Assembly (NCBI GenBank): GCA_027007025.1
Contig: JALTFL010000002.1
Span: forward strand, 100,006-164,005
Reading direction: 5' to 3'
From: Nanobdellati archaeon
Lineage (GTDB): Archaea > Nanobdellota > Nanobdellia > CSSed11-243R1
Length of the DNA stretch: 64,000 nucleotides
The position numbers and the translations under genes were made by a program. Under the pieces are notes generated by a model that was not told the DNA's origin, made no database searches, and saw only the letters and a program-made list of their open reading frames with translations. Shown here one piece after another: positions 26,275 to 36,295 of the stretch. Each line of letters begins with the position of its first letter. The first letter of the stretch is position 1.

Positions 26275-26898
26275 TTATTTTTCTTTCTTTTTGATTTCAA
26301 TTATAATACCATCTTTCCCCACGTTTACGATTGTGGTGTTGCCAATTTTGTCGCTTTTTCCGAAAGTTTCATGTATATGCCCACAAAGGGCTATTTCAGG
26401 TTGTACATTTTCGATTACCTTCCGCACCCCTTTTGAGCCGACATGTTCCCACAGTGCATCAATTGTAGTTCCGTACGGCGGTATGTGTGTAATGAGGATT
26501 TTATGCTTTGCATTTTTTATTGGTTCGTGTGCCTTTTCAAGTATTTTTTCGATTTCACTGTCACCAATTTGGAACAATCCAACATCCGCTCCTCCCGCAC
26601 CAAATATGCCTATCTCATTGTAAAACAAAATTGAACGCCCATGGAGATTATATACCCCTGGCGCATACTGCTTCGCTAGGAATTCCGCGGTTGCAAAGCT
26701 TTCATGATTTCCAGGTATAATTATTATTTTTTTGTTTAATTTCTTGAACGGCCCTATAATTCCTGTCAAATCATTTTCAAAAAATGTCAAATCCCCACAA
26801 AGGATTATCAAATCCACATCCTCTTTTTTAGCTTTGGCTACCAATTTTTCAATGGTGCTTTTGTCTCCATGCACGTCTGATGCGGCTAGTATTTTCAT
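26275..26898 (-). CDS. Calcineurin-like metallophosphoesterase
   Basis: DVH, GD, GNHE, HIPP, GHIHE. Confidence 0.92.
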   Translation of the reverse strand: MKILAASDVHGDKSTIEKLVAKAKKEDVDLIILCGDLTFFENDLTGIIGPFKKLNKKIIIIPGNHESFATAEFLAKQYAPGVYNLHGRSILFYNEIGIFGAGGADVGLFQIGDSEIEKILEKAHEPIKNAKHKILITHIPPYGTTIDALWEHVGSKGVRKVIENVQPEIALCGHIHETFGKSDKIGNTTIVNVGKDGIIIEIKKKEK

Positions 26899-26899
26899 T

Positions 26900-28573
26900 T
26901 TAATTATGAGTATATCTAAATTTTAGAGTTTTACCCTTTTTGTTTAGACAGGCGTAACCGAATCTTATGAATTGGATTATATCTCCCTCTTTAAGATTTT
27001 CAGTTGCTTTTTCCCCTATTCCATTTTCGGTTTTTGCATCTGCCATCAGCACTTCAATAGGAACATTTTCCTTTTCGAAAACCCAGTGGATTACTTTTGT
27101 TCCTTGTTTATATTCTTTACTTTCAAATTCCCCAATAATTTCATTTTCCACAACATCAAGTTTTATATTCATCAAATCCATTAGGCGGATTATGTCATCT
27201 TGCTTTGCGTTCAGGAAGTCATGCCTGTCCACGTAAAATGTTTCTTCATCTCTGTTGATTTTGTATACTATCTCTCCATGTTCGGGATGATTGGGATGCT
27301 TCAATCTTTTTGCCTTGAAATTTTTGGGTATTCCCCGAACTATTAACTTAATCTTATCTTTAACAAAAAAGTACCTATCCGCAATTGGCTCGATTATTTT
27401 TCTGTTTTCGCTCTCGAGAACTTCCCAAGGGATAATCGATTCCGTTTTTGAAATTCCTGTATTTATAACAAAGTTTCTTATCGCTTCCGGTTGGAATCCC
27501 CTCTTTCTTAAAGAGATTAGAGTAACAAGGCGGGGGTCATCCCATCCTAAATATTCTTTGTTTTCCACTTTTTCCCTTATTACTCTTCCTGACGCCACAA
27601 CTCCTGCCATATTAAATCTTGCTATTTCTATTATCGTTGGTGGTTTTATATCAAATAACTTTTGTATATATCTTTGCAATTCTGTTCTTTGTTCGAACTC
27701 CTTTGAGCGTATTCTATGTGTGATTTTTTCAAATCCATCCATAATAGATGTTGCAAAATCATAATTTGGCCATACTTTGTATCCTGGCTTCCTTATGTGT
27801 GATTTTGAAACAATTCTCATTATTGTCGGGTCACGCATAACCGCGTTCTTGTGATCCATGTCTATCTTTAATCTCAATGAAGCTTCACCGTCCTTGAATT
27901 CAGAAAACATTTTTTTCCAGAGTTCTAAATTTTCTTTTGCAGTTTGGTTTCTGTGTTCGCATTCCTTTCCTTCATGCCTTAACTTTCTGACTTTCTCAGC
28001 TGGGCAAGTGCACACATATGCTTTTCCTTCCTTAATTAGGCTTTCTGAGTACTCGTAAAATTTTTTTATATAGTCTGAAACATAATCAATCCTATTCCAT
28101 TTCATTCCGAGCCATTTCAAGTCATTTATGGCGTTTTCATAATATTCTTCTTTCGCCTTTTCCGGATTTGTGTCTTCGAATCTCAAATAAAACTTTCCGT
28201 TGTACTTTTGGGAATAGTAGTAATTTAGAATTGCCGCCTTTGCATGGCCAATGTGAAGATATTTGCTAGGCTCTGGGGGCCACATCATAACAACTTTTCC
28301 AACTTCTGCGTTTGGAAGTTCTGGTAACCCTTGTTTTTCCTTCTTCTTCTCAAGGAGTTCTGGCGCTATTTCTTTTAATCTCTTAATTTGTTCTTCAAGG
28401 GATAACTTGTTTACTTCATCCACAATTTCATTTATCTTTTTAATTAGGGATTTGATGTCCTTTTTTAGTTTTGGATTTTCTCCTATCACTTTTGGGATTA
28501 TCGCTTTCACATGGGATTTCCCATCATGCTCTATTGCATTTTTCAAAGTCCATTTTAATATCAATTCATTCAT
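26900..28573 (-). CDS. gltX: Glutamyl-tRNA synthetase, archaeal type (presumably non-discriminating)
   Basis: PPEPSKYLHIGH, RFEDTNP, MRDP, GWDDPRL. Confidence 0.96.
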   Translation of the reverse strand: MNELILKWTLKNAIEHDGKSHVKAIIPKVIGENPKLKKDIKSLIKKINEIVDEVNKLSLEEQIKRLKEIAPELLEKKKEKQGLPELPNAEVGKVVMMWPPEPSKYLHIGHAKAAILNYYYSQKYNGKFYLRFEDTNPEKAKEEYYENAINDLKWLGMKWNRIDYVSDYIKKFYEYSESLIKEGKAYVCTCPAEKVRKLRHEGKECEHRNQTAKENLELWKKMFSEFKDGEASLRLKIDMDHKNAVMRDPTIMRIVSKSHIRKPGYKVWPNYDFATSIMDGFEKITHRIRSKEFEQRTELQRYIQKLFDIKPPTIIEIARFNMAGVVASGRVIREKVENKEYLGWDDPRLVTLISLRKRGFQPEAIRNFVINTGISKTESIIPWEVLESENRKIIEPIADRYFFVKDKIKLIVRGIPKNFKAKRLKHPNHPEHGEIVYKINRDEETFYVDRHDFLNAKQDDIIRLMDLMNIKLDVVENEIIGEFESKEYKQGTKVIHWVFEKENVPIEVLMADAKTENGIGEKATENLKEGDIIQFIRFGYACLNKKGKTLKFRYTHN

Positions 28574-29904
28574 TCGATAATCACCATTTTTTGTCCATCT
28601 TGGAGTATGTGAATATTTTCATTTAGTTTGTATCCTATGGATTCAGCGATTTTGGCTGCGGCTGCCTGCTTTTCAATTCCACCGTGGGTTGGGAAGTAAT
28701 GCTTTGGCTTTAATATCTGAAGAAATTCCTTTTGGTCTTCTCTTGAGGCGTGTCCGCTTACATGTATATCCTTAAATATCCTGACATTTTTTTCCAAGAG
28801 CTTTGTTTCAATTATCTTTCTATTTGCCTCACTTGTGGGTGTAGGAATTACTGTGCAGCTGAATATCACAATGTCATCGTTGCTGAGATGATAAGGGGTT
28901 TCGTCATTCGCAATTCTTGATAGCACTGCATTCGGCTCGCCTTGATTGCCAGTACATATAATAAAGTACTTGTCTTTGTCTTTATTTGCCATTCTTAGTG
29001 CTTTGTTTACATCCCTTTTATATCCAAACGCTTCTGCGTCTGTGGAAAAGATATGCGCTCTCTTGGCGGCTTGAAGGTAGTTAGTCAAGCTCCTACCTAC
29101 AAAAATTGGTTTTCTCCCCATTTTCTTTGCTATATTTATTAGTGTGGATAATCTTGCGATGTGAGATGAGAATGTTGTAACAATTATCCCCATATCTCTA
29201 TGTAAATATCTCATTAGCACATCATTTAGCATCTCGCGTGCAAGCATTTCGGAAGGGGTATGTCCGCTTAGCTCCACCCTTGTTGTATCTGAGATTAGAG
29301 CGATACAGTCTTTGCTTATTTCCTTTAATCTTTTATAATCAGGTTTTCTTCCTATAAGTGGGTGGTCGTCAAGTTTGAAATCATTTGCATAGACAATTTT
29401 TCCATATGGGGTGTGTATTGCGACAGCACTGGTTTGTGGAGTTGAATGAGTCATATTAACTAATTCAATTGTTATATTATCAGAAACTTTGTATTTTGAG
29501 GATGGATTTAGTGGAATTATCTTATTAGGTATCTTTTTGCCTTCAAATGTGTTTTTTACTACTTCAAGTGTGAATGGGGTTCCAATTATTGGAGCTTTTT
29601 TGTATCTTGGTGCCAAGAGTCTTACTGCTCCGCAATGGTCTATGTGTGCATGCCCTATGACAATTGCTTTTACCATATCACCCCATTCTTTGTGAAATTG
29701 TGTGTCATTTGGAATAGCGTCAATTTTCAGCATTTTTTCATAAGGTAGCTTTGTTAACTCTTCTCCTTCTTCACCTTCGTATTCAACAATCCTGCCAACA
29801 TTATACCCCATATCAAGGATTATAACTTCATTATCCACTTTTATTGCAGTCATGTTTTTACTTCCGCATTCAGAATATCCACCAACTGCCCATAATTCAA
29901 TCAT
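28570..29904 (-). CDS. rnj: Archaeal RNase J (beta-CASP)
   Basis: HAHIDH, HSTP, DFK, TTFSSHIAR, GNQGEP, HVSGH. Confidence 0.93.
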   Translation of the reverse strand: MIELWAVGGYSECGSKNMTAIKVDNEVIILDMGYNVGRIVEYEGEEGEELTKLPYEKMLKIDAIPNDTQFHKEWGDMVKAIVIGHAHIDHCGAVRLLAPRYKKAPIIGTPFTLEVVKNTFEGKKIPNKIIPLNPSSKYKVSDNITIELVNMTHSTPQTSAVAIHTPYGKIVYANDFKLDDHPLIGRKPDYKRLKEISKDCIALISDTTRVELSGHTPSEMLAREMLNDVLMRYLHRDMGIIVTTFSSHIARLSTLINIAKKMGRKPIFVGRSLTNYLQAAKRAHIFSTDAEAFGYKRDVNKALRMANKDKDKYFIICTGNQGEPNAVLSRIANDETPYHLSNDDIVIFSCTVIPTPTSEANRKIIETKLLEKNVRIFKDIHVSGHASREDQKEFLQILKPKHYFPTHGGIEKQAAAAKIAESIGYKLNENIHILQDGQKMVIIE

Positions 29905-31247
29905 TTTTTCACCTTCTCTATTTCTTCATCAAGAATTGCCTTAAACTTGTCAAATAGCAATTCTGTTTCTTTTTTTGTTTTACCCTCAACAGTTATCCTA
30001 ATGAATGGTGTTGTGTTTGATGCTCTGATTAAAACCCATCCATTCCCTAAGTTTACCCTTACTCCATCTATATCAATTATTTTATATTTTGTTTTTAATC
30101 TTTCTTTTAGGTTTGATATAACTTTGAACTTTAACTCGTCATTGCATTTTATTTTTGCACTTGTTTTGTTGTACTTTGGAAGAGTTTTTTTTATTTCAGA
30201 CAGGGAATTATTCATTCCGCTTAATATTTTTACAATATACAATCCGACTAAGATGCCATCATCGAATGGGAATATTGAGGGGATTGTAAAATGATTCGAT
30301 GCTTCCATTCCGAAAACAGCGTTATTTTTTTTCACTGCTTCAGCCAGAAAAGCATCTCCAACACGTGTGTATATTGCGTGTCCACCATTTTGTTCTATAA
30401 CTTCCTCAACCGCTTTTGAGCATTCAACGTTAATGACTACATTTCCTTTATTGTGTGATAAACGTTCTTTTATGATAAAGCTTCCAATTTCGTCCGCTGA
30501 TAAGACTTCTCCTTCATCATCCACTACTGCAACTCTATCTCCATCTCCATCAAATGCAATTCCTATGTCTGCATTGTTTATCCTTACCTCTTGTCCCAAG
30601 TCAAATAACATTTTTGGGGTTGGATTAGGTCCTCTCCCCGGAAATTTGCTACTTGGTTCGTCGTTTATTACAATAACATCACATCCTGCATCTTCAAATA
30701 TTTTTTTAGCAAATCCAGATGTTGCTCCATTCCCTGGATCCAGCACTACTGATATCTCCTTTTTTATCTTTATTTTATCTAAAACATATTTAATGTACTC
30801 TTCTTGCGGAATAGTTTCATTTATTTTTTTGATTGCGCCTTTTCCTTTCAAAAAGTTTTCATTGAAGAAGAATTCCTTTACTTTTGGTACTGCATCTGGA
30901 AATCCAGTTCCGTCTTTTTTTCTGAATCTCACCCCGCTGTATTCTGGGGGGTTATGAGATGCTGTTATCTGCGCTCCCGCGTTGGCGTTGGATACAGTGC
31001 AGTAAAAATTAAGAACAGGGGTGCATTGCATTCCTATATCAATTACATCCATGCCTGATGAAGCAATTCCTTCTGCAAGAGCTTTTTTAAATTGTTCACC
31101 GTCTCGTCTAGTGTCCCTTGCGATAACAACTGTCCCTTTTCCGCCGAGGAATGTCCCGTATGCTTTCCCTATTTTTTTAATAACTTGGGGCGTTAGCTCT
31201 TTGTCAATTATTCCTCGTATATCATACGCCCTAAATATGTTTTCCAT
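29901..31247 (-). CDS. Phosphomannomutase/phosphoglucomutase
   Basis: FRAYDIRG, TASHNP, DGDGDR, RASNT. Confidence 0.95.
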   Translation of the reverse strand: MENIFRAYDIRGIIDKELTPQVIKKIGKAYGTFLGGKGTVVIARDTRRDGEQFKKALAEGIASSGMDVIDIGMQCTPVLNFYCTVSNANAGAQITASHNPPEYSGVRFRKKDGTGFPDAVPKVKEFFFNENFLKGKGAIKKINETIPQEEYIKYVLDKIKIKKEISVVLDPGNGATSGFAKKIFEDAGCDVIVINDEPSSKFPGRGPNPTPKMLFDLGQEVRINNADIGIAFDGDGDRVAVVDDEGEVLSADEIGSFIIKERLSHNKGNVVINVECSKAVEEVIEQNGGHAIYTRVGDAFLAEAVKKNNAVFGMEASNHFTIPSIFPFDDGILVGLYIVKILSGMNNSLSEIKKTLPKYNKTSAKIKCNDELKFKVISNLKERLKTKYKIIDIDGVRVNLGNGWVLIRASNTTPFIRITVEGKTKKETELLFDKFKAILDEEIEKVKK

Positions 31248-31250
31248 AAA

Positions 31251-32054
31251 TCACAAAATTTTTTGTTTTTTATAAATATTGTTTAAATAATCTCCTATTG
31301 AGTTAAATCTTTCTTTCTTTGACAGCTTTTTGATTATCTTCTGTACTCCAGTTCCATATTGAGCGGCTCTTTTTTTCCTGTTATATACTTTTTCAGGAAT
31401 TCCTATCTCTTTAGCCAACTTGCGGAGGACAATCTTCTTTTCGTCAGTAGATATCTTATCCTGTGGGGGAATACTAAGCGCAACTTTGATTACATTTTCG
31501 TCCAAAAACGGATTTTTAACTTTGAGCCCAAAGTGTTCGCATATCTTTTTGTCTCTCTCAACGTCCTTTTTTATCCCTTCAAGACGTCGTTTGCATTCCT
31601 CTTGAACTTGGTTATATCCTTTTTTTAATGCTTCTTCGTGGCTTTTATATCCCGCTAATAATTCATCGCTTCCTGCACCTGTGAATATCATATTTAATCC
31701 TATCTTTGAGGCATATTCTGCTGCGAGGTATATTACACATCCTACAGATACTGTGATAACATCATTCATTTTTGTTATCTGTATGACTTTTGGGATGACA
31801 TGTTCAATTATTTTTTCGTCTATATCCACAATGATATGTTTTGTTGATATCAAATTGGATACACCCTTTGCAAAGGCAACATCCTCGCTTTTTTTGGTGC
31901 CAACTGTTATTGGGATAACCTCAATACCTAAGTTAGACAGCAATTTTCCGATAACTGTTGAATCTAATCCCCCTGAAAAGAATAAACCTACCTGCTTCTC
32001 ATTTTCAACTCCTTTTAGAACAGCATTTTTCAAAGCATCTAACAATTCGTGCAT
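31251..32054 (-). CDS. Asparagine-synthase-like PP-loop ATP pyrophosphatase lacking the glutaminase domain
   Basis: FSGGLDS, TGAGSDELLAGY, PFLD, KIVLR, RKKRAAQYG. Confidence 0.85.
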   Translation of the reverse strand: MHELLDALKNAVLKGVENEKQVGLFFSGGLDSTVIGKLLSNLGIEVIPITVGTKKSEDVAFAKGVSNLISTKHIIVDIDEKIIEHVIPKVIQITKMNDVITVSVGCVIYLAAEYASKIGLNMIFTGAGSDELLAGYKSHEEALKKGYNQVQEECKRRLEGIKKDVERDKKICEHFGLKVKNPFLDENVIKVALSIPPQDKISTDEKKIVLRKLAKEIGIPEKVYNRKKRAAQYGTGVQKIIKKLSKKERFNSIGDYLNNIYKKQKIL

Positions 32055-32075
32055 GCATACTCAATATGGTAGCAC

Positions 32076-33206
32076 TTAAATAATTTTACGGGAATTATTA
32101 ATTGTTGGAGAACTTTCAAGTTGAATGATTCTATCTCTGGCGTATTGGTGTATTTCATGGTATTCATAAAACCCTCTTTTAGTCAAGAAATATGCCGCAT
32201 TGCGAACTCTTTCCAATGTTTTTATATCATCTTTAAATTCTTCTTTGTTGCCATACTGAATTGTTTTCTTTAAATATTCAATTTCTTCTTTTGTCTTACC
32301 TTTTTTGTATAAGTGCACCGCCAATATATAAGACGCGACGGCAAGTGTTTTGTCCAACTTTAACTTGTTTGGCGGGTTTGTGCTCCTCTGCTTTTCAAGA
32401 AGTTCAATCCCTGTTTTGTAGTTGGGTTCTATTCTTTCATCCATTGGATTTTTGCTTTTAATTGCGAATGCATATGAAACCCTTAAAAACCCTTCTCCTA
32501 AATGATGCTCATCGAATCTAGAATTGTACTCATCAGCAGAATTCAAGGCGAGCTCCAAATAATTTTCTTTAAGTTCATTTTCATACAAATTACCTAACCT
32601 TCTATATAAATCAATCAACTTTTCAAGTCTAACTTTTTCAGTCACTTTTATGGAGGGGTCGCTGTAATACTCCACGCTTTTTTTAAGGTATACATCTTTT
32701 TCGTTTGCATTAAGAATTAATCTACCTAAGTGGTAATAAATGGGTGCAAGTTGAGTTTTTCTTTCATTATCATCTATAATTCCTTCTAAGTCTTCAAATT
32801 CCTTTACCTCTTTTTTTAGGAAATGTAACGCGTCTGTCCTATTACTTTTTCTTAAAAGTATAACTGCAACTTCACCTGTGTTGTAAGCTATCCATCTTTT
32901 CAGATTTTTGCGTCTTTCTTTATTTCGTTCGGTGGTTAGTCTGTTTTCATAAATTTTTATTGCCTTCTTAAATAATTCTTCTGCCTGTGTGTCATCTTCT
33001 CTTAGAAGGGAGTAACCTAACTTGCTATACATCGTTCCGAGTAGTAAGCTGTTTTCATTTCCTTCATTCTTAAGTTTGTCTATTGTGATTTCTAAGAATT
33101 GGGGATATTGTTCTGGGTGTTGTTCCCTTAAATATCCCTCGATAGTAAAGAAAGTGGATGTACCTGGTTTTATCGAACTCATATCGATGATATCATTTAA
33201 TTCCAT
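32076..33206 (-). CDS. Helical-repeat (TPR-like) hypothetical protein
   Basis: Repeated YSKLGY...AEELFKKAIKIYE and YYHLG...YLKKSVEYY patterns. Confidence 0.65.
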   Translation of the reverse strand: MELNDIIDMSSIKPGTSTFFTIEGYLREQHPEQYPQFLEITIDKLKNEGNENSLLLGTMYSKLGYSLLREDDTQAEELFKKAIKIYENRLTTERNKERRKNLKRWIAYNTGEVAVILLRKSNRTDALHFLKKEVKEFEDLEGIIDDNERKTQLAPIYYHLGRLILNANEKDVYLKKSVEYYSDPSIKVTEKVRLEKLIDLYRRLGNLYENELKENYLELALNSADEYNSRFDEHHLGEGFLRVSYAFAIKSKNPMDERIEPNYKTGIELLEKQRSTNPPNKLKLDKTLAVASYILAVHLYKKGKTKEEIEYLKKTIQYGNKEEFKDDIKTLERVRNAAYFLTKRGFYEYHEIHQYARDRIIQLESSPTINNSRKII

Positions 33207-33235
33207 CTTAGCATCTATTTGTAAGTGGTAACTAA

Positions 33236-33577
33236 TTACTTATAAATTTTACTTATTGAAATCTTTTCACCGATTTTAATTTTAGTATTTAAATTTGTTG
33301 TTTCAAAAACATATTTGGCTGGTTTCTTTGGGAGATAAAACCAAAATGGCGTAGTTTTCCTTATATCAACCACTTTCATATTTTTGTCTATCCACGCCAC
33401 CATTAATGATTTGCAGAAAAAAGTGTGTATTGACGCGTCAAATCTACTTTCCCTTTTTAACTCCATCAACACAGTTCCTTTGCGTTTGAACATTAACCCT
33501 TTGGACAATTCAAGAGAAGAAGTCAACAGCTCCGCTTTTACTTTTTTTCCATCGAATCCTATGAGAACTTGTTCCAT
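33236..33577 (-). CDS. DUF192 family protein
   Basis: KGLMF, SIHTFF, AKYVFE. Confidence 0.8.
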   Translation of the reverse strand: MEQVLIGFDGKKVKAELLTSSLELSKGLMFKRKGTVLMELKRESRFDASIHTFFCKSLMVAWIDKNMKVVDIRKTTPFWFYLPKKPAKYVFETTNLNTKIKIGEKISISKIYK

Positions 33578-34165
33578 CTAAAATTCCTTCATGTCAAGAG
33601 TTAGCGCCTTTTCCTTCTCGCCCTTTTCTTTAAGGAATTCTCTTGCCAATATAAAGTAAACTAACGACAGTGATTTGTTACCCTTGTTGTTGCATGGTAT
33701 AACCAATTCTATGTTCTCAGTTGTGTTGTTTGTATCGCAGAGTGCAATCACTGGTGTGTTTGATTGGATTGCATCCTTTATGACTTGCTTGTCAAGCCAG
33801 GGGTCGGATACAACAACAATGTCCGGTTCTATAAATCCTGAGAATGAAGGATTTGTTAATGTTCCAGGTAAATATCTTCCTGCGATTGCCTTCGCGCCTG
33901 TCGCTTTTGCGAACGCCTTGATTGCCTTGTGTCCATTGTCTCTTCTACACACTACCAATATTTTTTCAGGGTCATATCTTGCTAGCAGTTTTGCGGCTGC
34001 CTTTATCTTTTCATCTATTTTTGCTATATTTAACACACATAACCCATCTGGCCTTATTTTGTAGATGTATGGCTCCATAAATCCTGTTTTGTATTTTGAG
34101 CCTATGTGGATACCTGATTGCAGGTACACATCAACAGGAACCAAAAGATTTTCTGTCATTTTCAT
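33578..34165 (-). CDS. rps2: 30S ribosomal protein S2
   Basis: YLQSGIHIG, GRYLPGTLTNP, IPCNNKG. Confidence 0.97.
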   Translation of the reverse strand: MKMTENLLVPVDVYLQSGIHIGSKYKTGFMEPYIYKIRPDGLCVLNIAKIDEKIKAAAKLLARYDPEKILVVCRRDNGHKAIKAFAKATGAKAIAGRYLPGTLTNPSFSGFIEPDIVVVSDPWLDKQVIKDAIQSNTPVIALCDTNNTTENIELVIPCNNKGNKSLSLVYFILAREFLKEKGEKEKALTLDMKEF

Positions 34166-35316
34166 TCACCCATTATTTCAAATAATCTGTTTATTTTTGA
34201 AACCCGTTCTCCTCCAGTCAAACCAATTTTTATAATTGGTATCTGAAGCCCAACGGCAAGGTCTGCCAAGATGCTGTCGTTTGTTTCTTGGGACCTATGT
34301 GAAATTATTGTCGTGTATTTATATTTCTTTGCCAAGTTCACAAATTCAATTGTCTTTGAAAGCGAGCCAACTTGGTTTGGTTTTACGATACACGCATTAG
34401 CTGCTCCAAGTTTTGCGCCCTTTTTAAGCCTTTCGGGATTTGTCGTAAACAAATCATCCCCTACGACAAGGGTATTTTTCCCTATCCTGCTTGTGAGCTC
34501 CGCGAAACCCCTAAAATCATTTTCGTCGAGAGGGTCTTCAATGTAGTACATATCATATCTATTTTTTAAGTATCTAACGAACCTTATCTGCTCAGCCGTA
34601 TCTTTGGTTAGCTTTGGCATAACTATCTTTCCATCAGTTCGTGCTAGCGACATCTTTTTGTATTTGTATATCCCATCATGGTAAAATTCCGATGCTGCCA
34701 TATCAACTCCAATTTTGGAGGTTTTATCATACTTTCTTAGTATTTGGAGAGCTTTTTCATCAGAGACATTTATAACCCATCCTCCTTCCAAATCTCTTCC
34801 ATGGAACCCCCAATCTTTTCCTATTTTTTTGAAAAGGGAAATATTCTTTTTTAGATTTGTTGGCTTTTGTAGTACTAGAAACTCTTGAAATGTTGTGGAT
34901 TCTTCTCCAGCGTGGACTCCTCCACCAATCATTTTGTTTAGTAACATAGGAATTTTTTTCTTTTTGGTAAATAATTTCCATACAGGAACTTTTTTTTCAT
35001 AGGCTAAGGCTTTCAATAAAGAGTATGTTACAGCAAGTGTTGCATTCCCTCCATATCCTTTTGTTTTTTCTTCGAATGAGAGGATATCTTTTAATGAGGA
35101 AAAGTTTGTTTTTTTGATTGTTCTCTTTAATTTTGTTATATTCTTAACTGCCGCATCAATCCCACCGATATATTCCTTTACCTCATGTTTCCCTTTTGAA
35201 GTCCCTGCGGGAACCGATGATTTGAAAATTCCATCTTTTGTAGTTATACTTACTTCTAGCGAAAAGTTGGCTATTGAATTTAGTATCTTCCGAGCGGAAA
35301 TGTCTTTTACTTTCAA
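34162..35316 (-). CDS. eno: Enolase (short, divergent)
   Basis: PAGTSKG, FQEF, IEDP, VGDDLF, KPNQ, SHRS; usual rpoK-eno-rps2 position. Confidence 0.88.
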   Translation of the reverse strand: MKVKDISARKILNSIANFSLEVSITTKDGIFKSSVPAGTSKGKHEVKEYIGGIDAAVKNITKLKRTIKKTNFSSLKDILSFEEKTKGYGGNATLAVTYSLLKALAYEKKVPVWKLFTKKKKIPMLLNKMIGGGVHAGEESTTFQEFLVLQKPTNLKKNISLFKKIGKDWGFHGRDLEGGWVINVSDEKALQILRKYDKTSKIGVDMAASEFYHDGIYKYKKMSLARTDGKIVMPKLTKDTAEQIRFVRYLKNRYDMYYIEDPLDENDFRGFAELTSRIGKNTLVVGDDLFTTNPERLKKGAKLGAANACIVKPNQVGSLSKTIEFVNLAKKYKYTTIISHRSQETNDSILADLAVGLQIPIIKIGLTGGERVSKINRLFEIMGE

Positions 35317-35321
35317 TTAAA

Positions 35322-35501
35322 TCACACTTTTCTTGGATTGATTCTTTTTATTGTTATAGGCAAAACATCGTCCTCGAATTCCTTTTCCGCAATTCTTATC
35401 GGGTTTTGTTCTTTTGTTTTTATCAAAAGAGGGGCACCCATAGCAACCTGAAGGGCGCGGGCGCCAATTATTCTTGCCTTTTCATATCTAGTGAGTTCCA
35501 T
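35322..35501 (-). CDS. rpoK: RNA polymerase subunit K (Rpo6), not in the ORF track
   Basis: [24 protein letters not shown]...LPITIKR, GGTGA SD. Confidence 0.96.
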   Translation of the reverse strand: MELTRYEKARIIGARALQVAMGAPLLIKTKEQNPIRIAEKEFEDDVLPITIKRINPRKV

Positions 35502-35505
35502 TATA

Positions 35506-36294
35506 TCACCCCAAATATTTCCTCAATTCTTTTGCCTTTTCAGTTGCAATCTCTGCGCACTTAGCGATTTCTTCTTGTGTCATCCCATCTTCTCCGCCTT
35601 TTTGTATGGCATTTATTGTTCCATTTTCGTCTGTTGTAATAGTTATCCTTGCATCGCTTATTTTTTCTTCATCTACATTGGCATCCGCAAACAAATTTTT
35701 TCCAATTTTAGTTATTGTGCATGCGACAGGTAGTTTTACTATAGGTATTGGCGTATCTGTGTGTTCGTGGTAATCTATTGTTCCATCTTCATTTAATTTT
35801 GGAAACTTAGCGTTTTTTAGAGCTGCAAGCGCAGCAAGCGCAGCCGCGTCTATTAAATTTCCATCGTGATTCTGAATGTAGATATCAAGGAAAACCAACC
35901 AAACTTTTTCTCCTTCAGTTACACATAATTTTTTTGTGTCAATTGCTCCACTTTCTCTTATACCCCTATCAACTATTCTTGCGAGTTCAATTGATTTTTC
36001 TCCTGGTGCCCCAGGGTCAAAGTCTGGTGATGCGATTGCTGCGAATTCTGCTGTTACAATCATTGTCCCTTCGTCCGGCCTGTCAGGATATGGTGTTCCA
36101 ATCTCGGTTTTTACGCCACAAATGACTCTCGTTTTTCCAATAGTCACTGCAGCACTACCTTCCGCATTTTTTGAAACACCATATTCTATTTTTATGGGCT
36201 GTCGGTAATCCAAGAAACCTCTGCCATCCACCCTTTTTCCTTTTTCGCTTAAACTCAAAACATATTTTCTAAAATCTTCTTTACCAACTATCAT
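35506..36294 (-). CDS. rrp42: Exosome subunit Rrp42
   Basis: [37 protein letters not shown]. Confidence 0.96.
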   Translation of the reverse strand: MIVGKEDFRKYVLSLSEKGKRVDGRGFLDYRQPIKIEYGVSKNAEGSAAVTIGKTRVICGVKTEIGTPYPDRPDEGTMIVTAEFAAIASPDFDPGAPGEKSIELARIVDRGIRESGAIDTKKLCVTEGEKVWLVFLDIYIQNHDGNLIDAAALAALAALKNAKFPKLNEDGTIDYHEHTDTPIPIVKLPVACTITKIGKNLFADANVDEEKISDARITITTDENGTINAIQKGGEDGMTQEEIAKCAEIATEKAKELRKYLG

Positions 36295-36295
36295 T

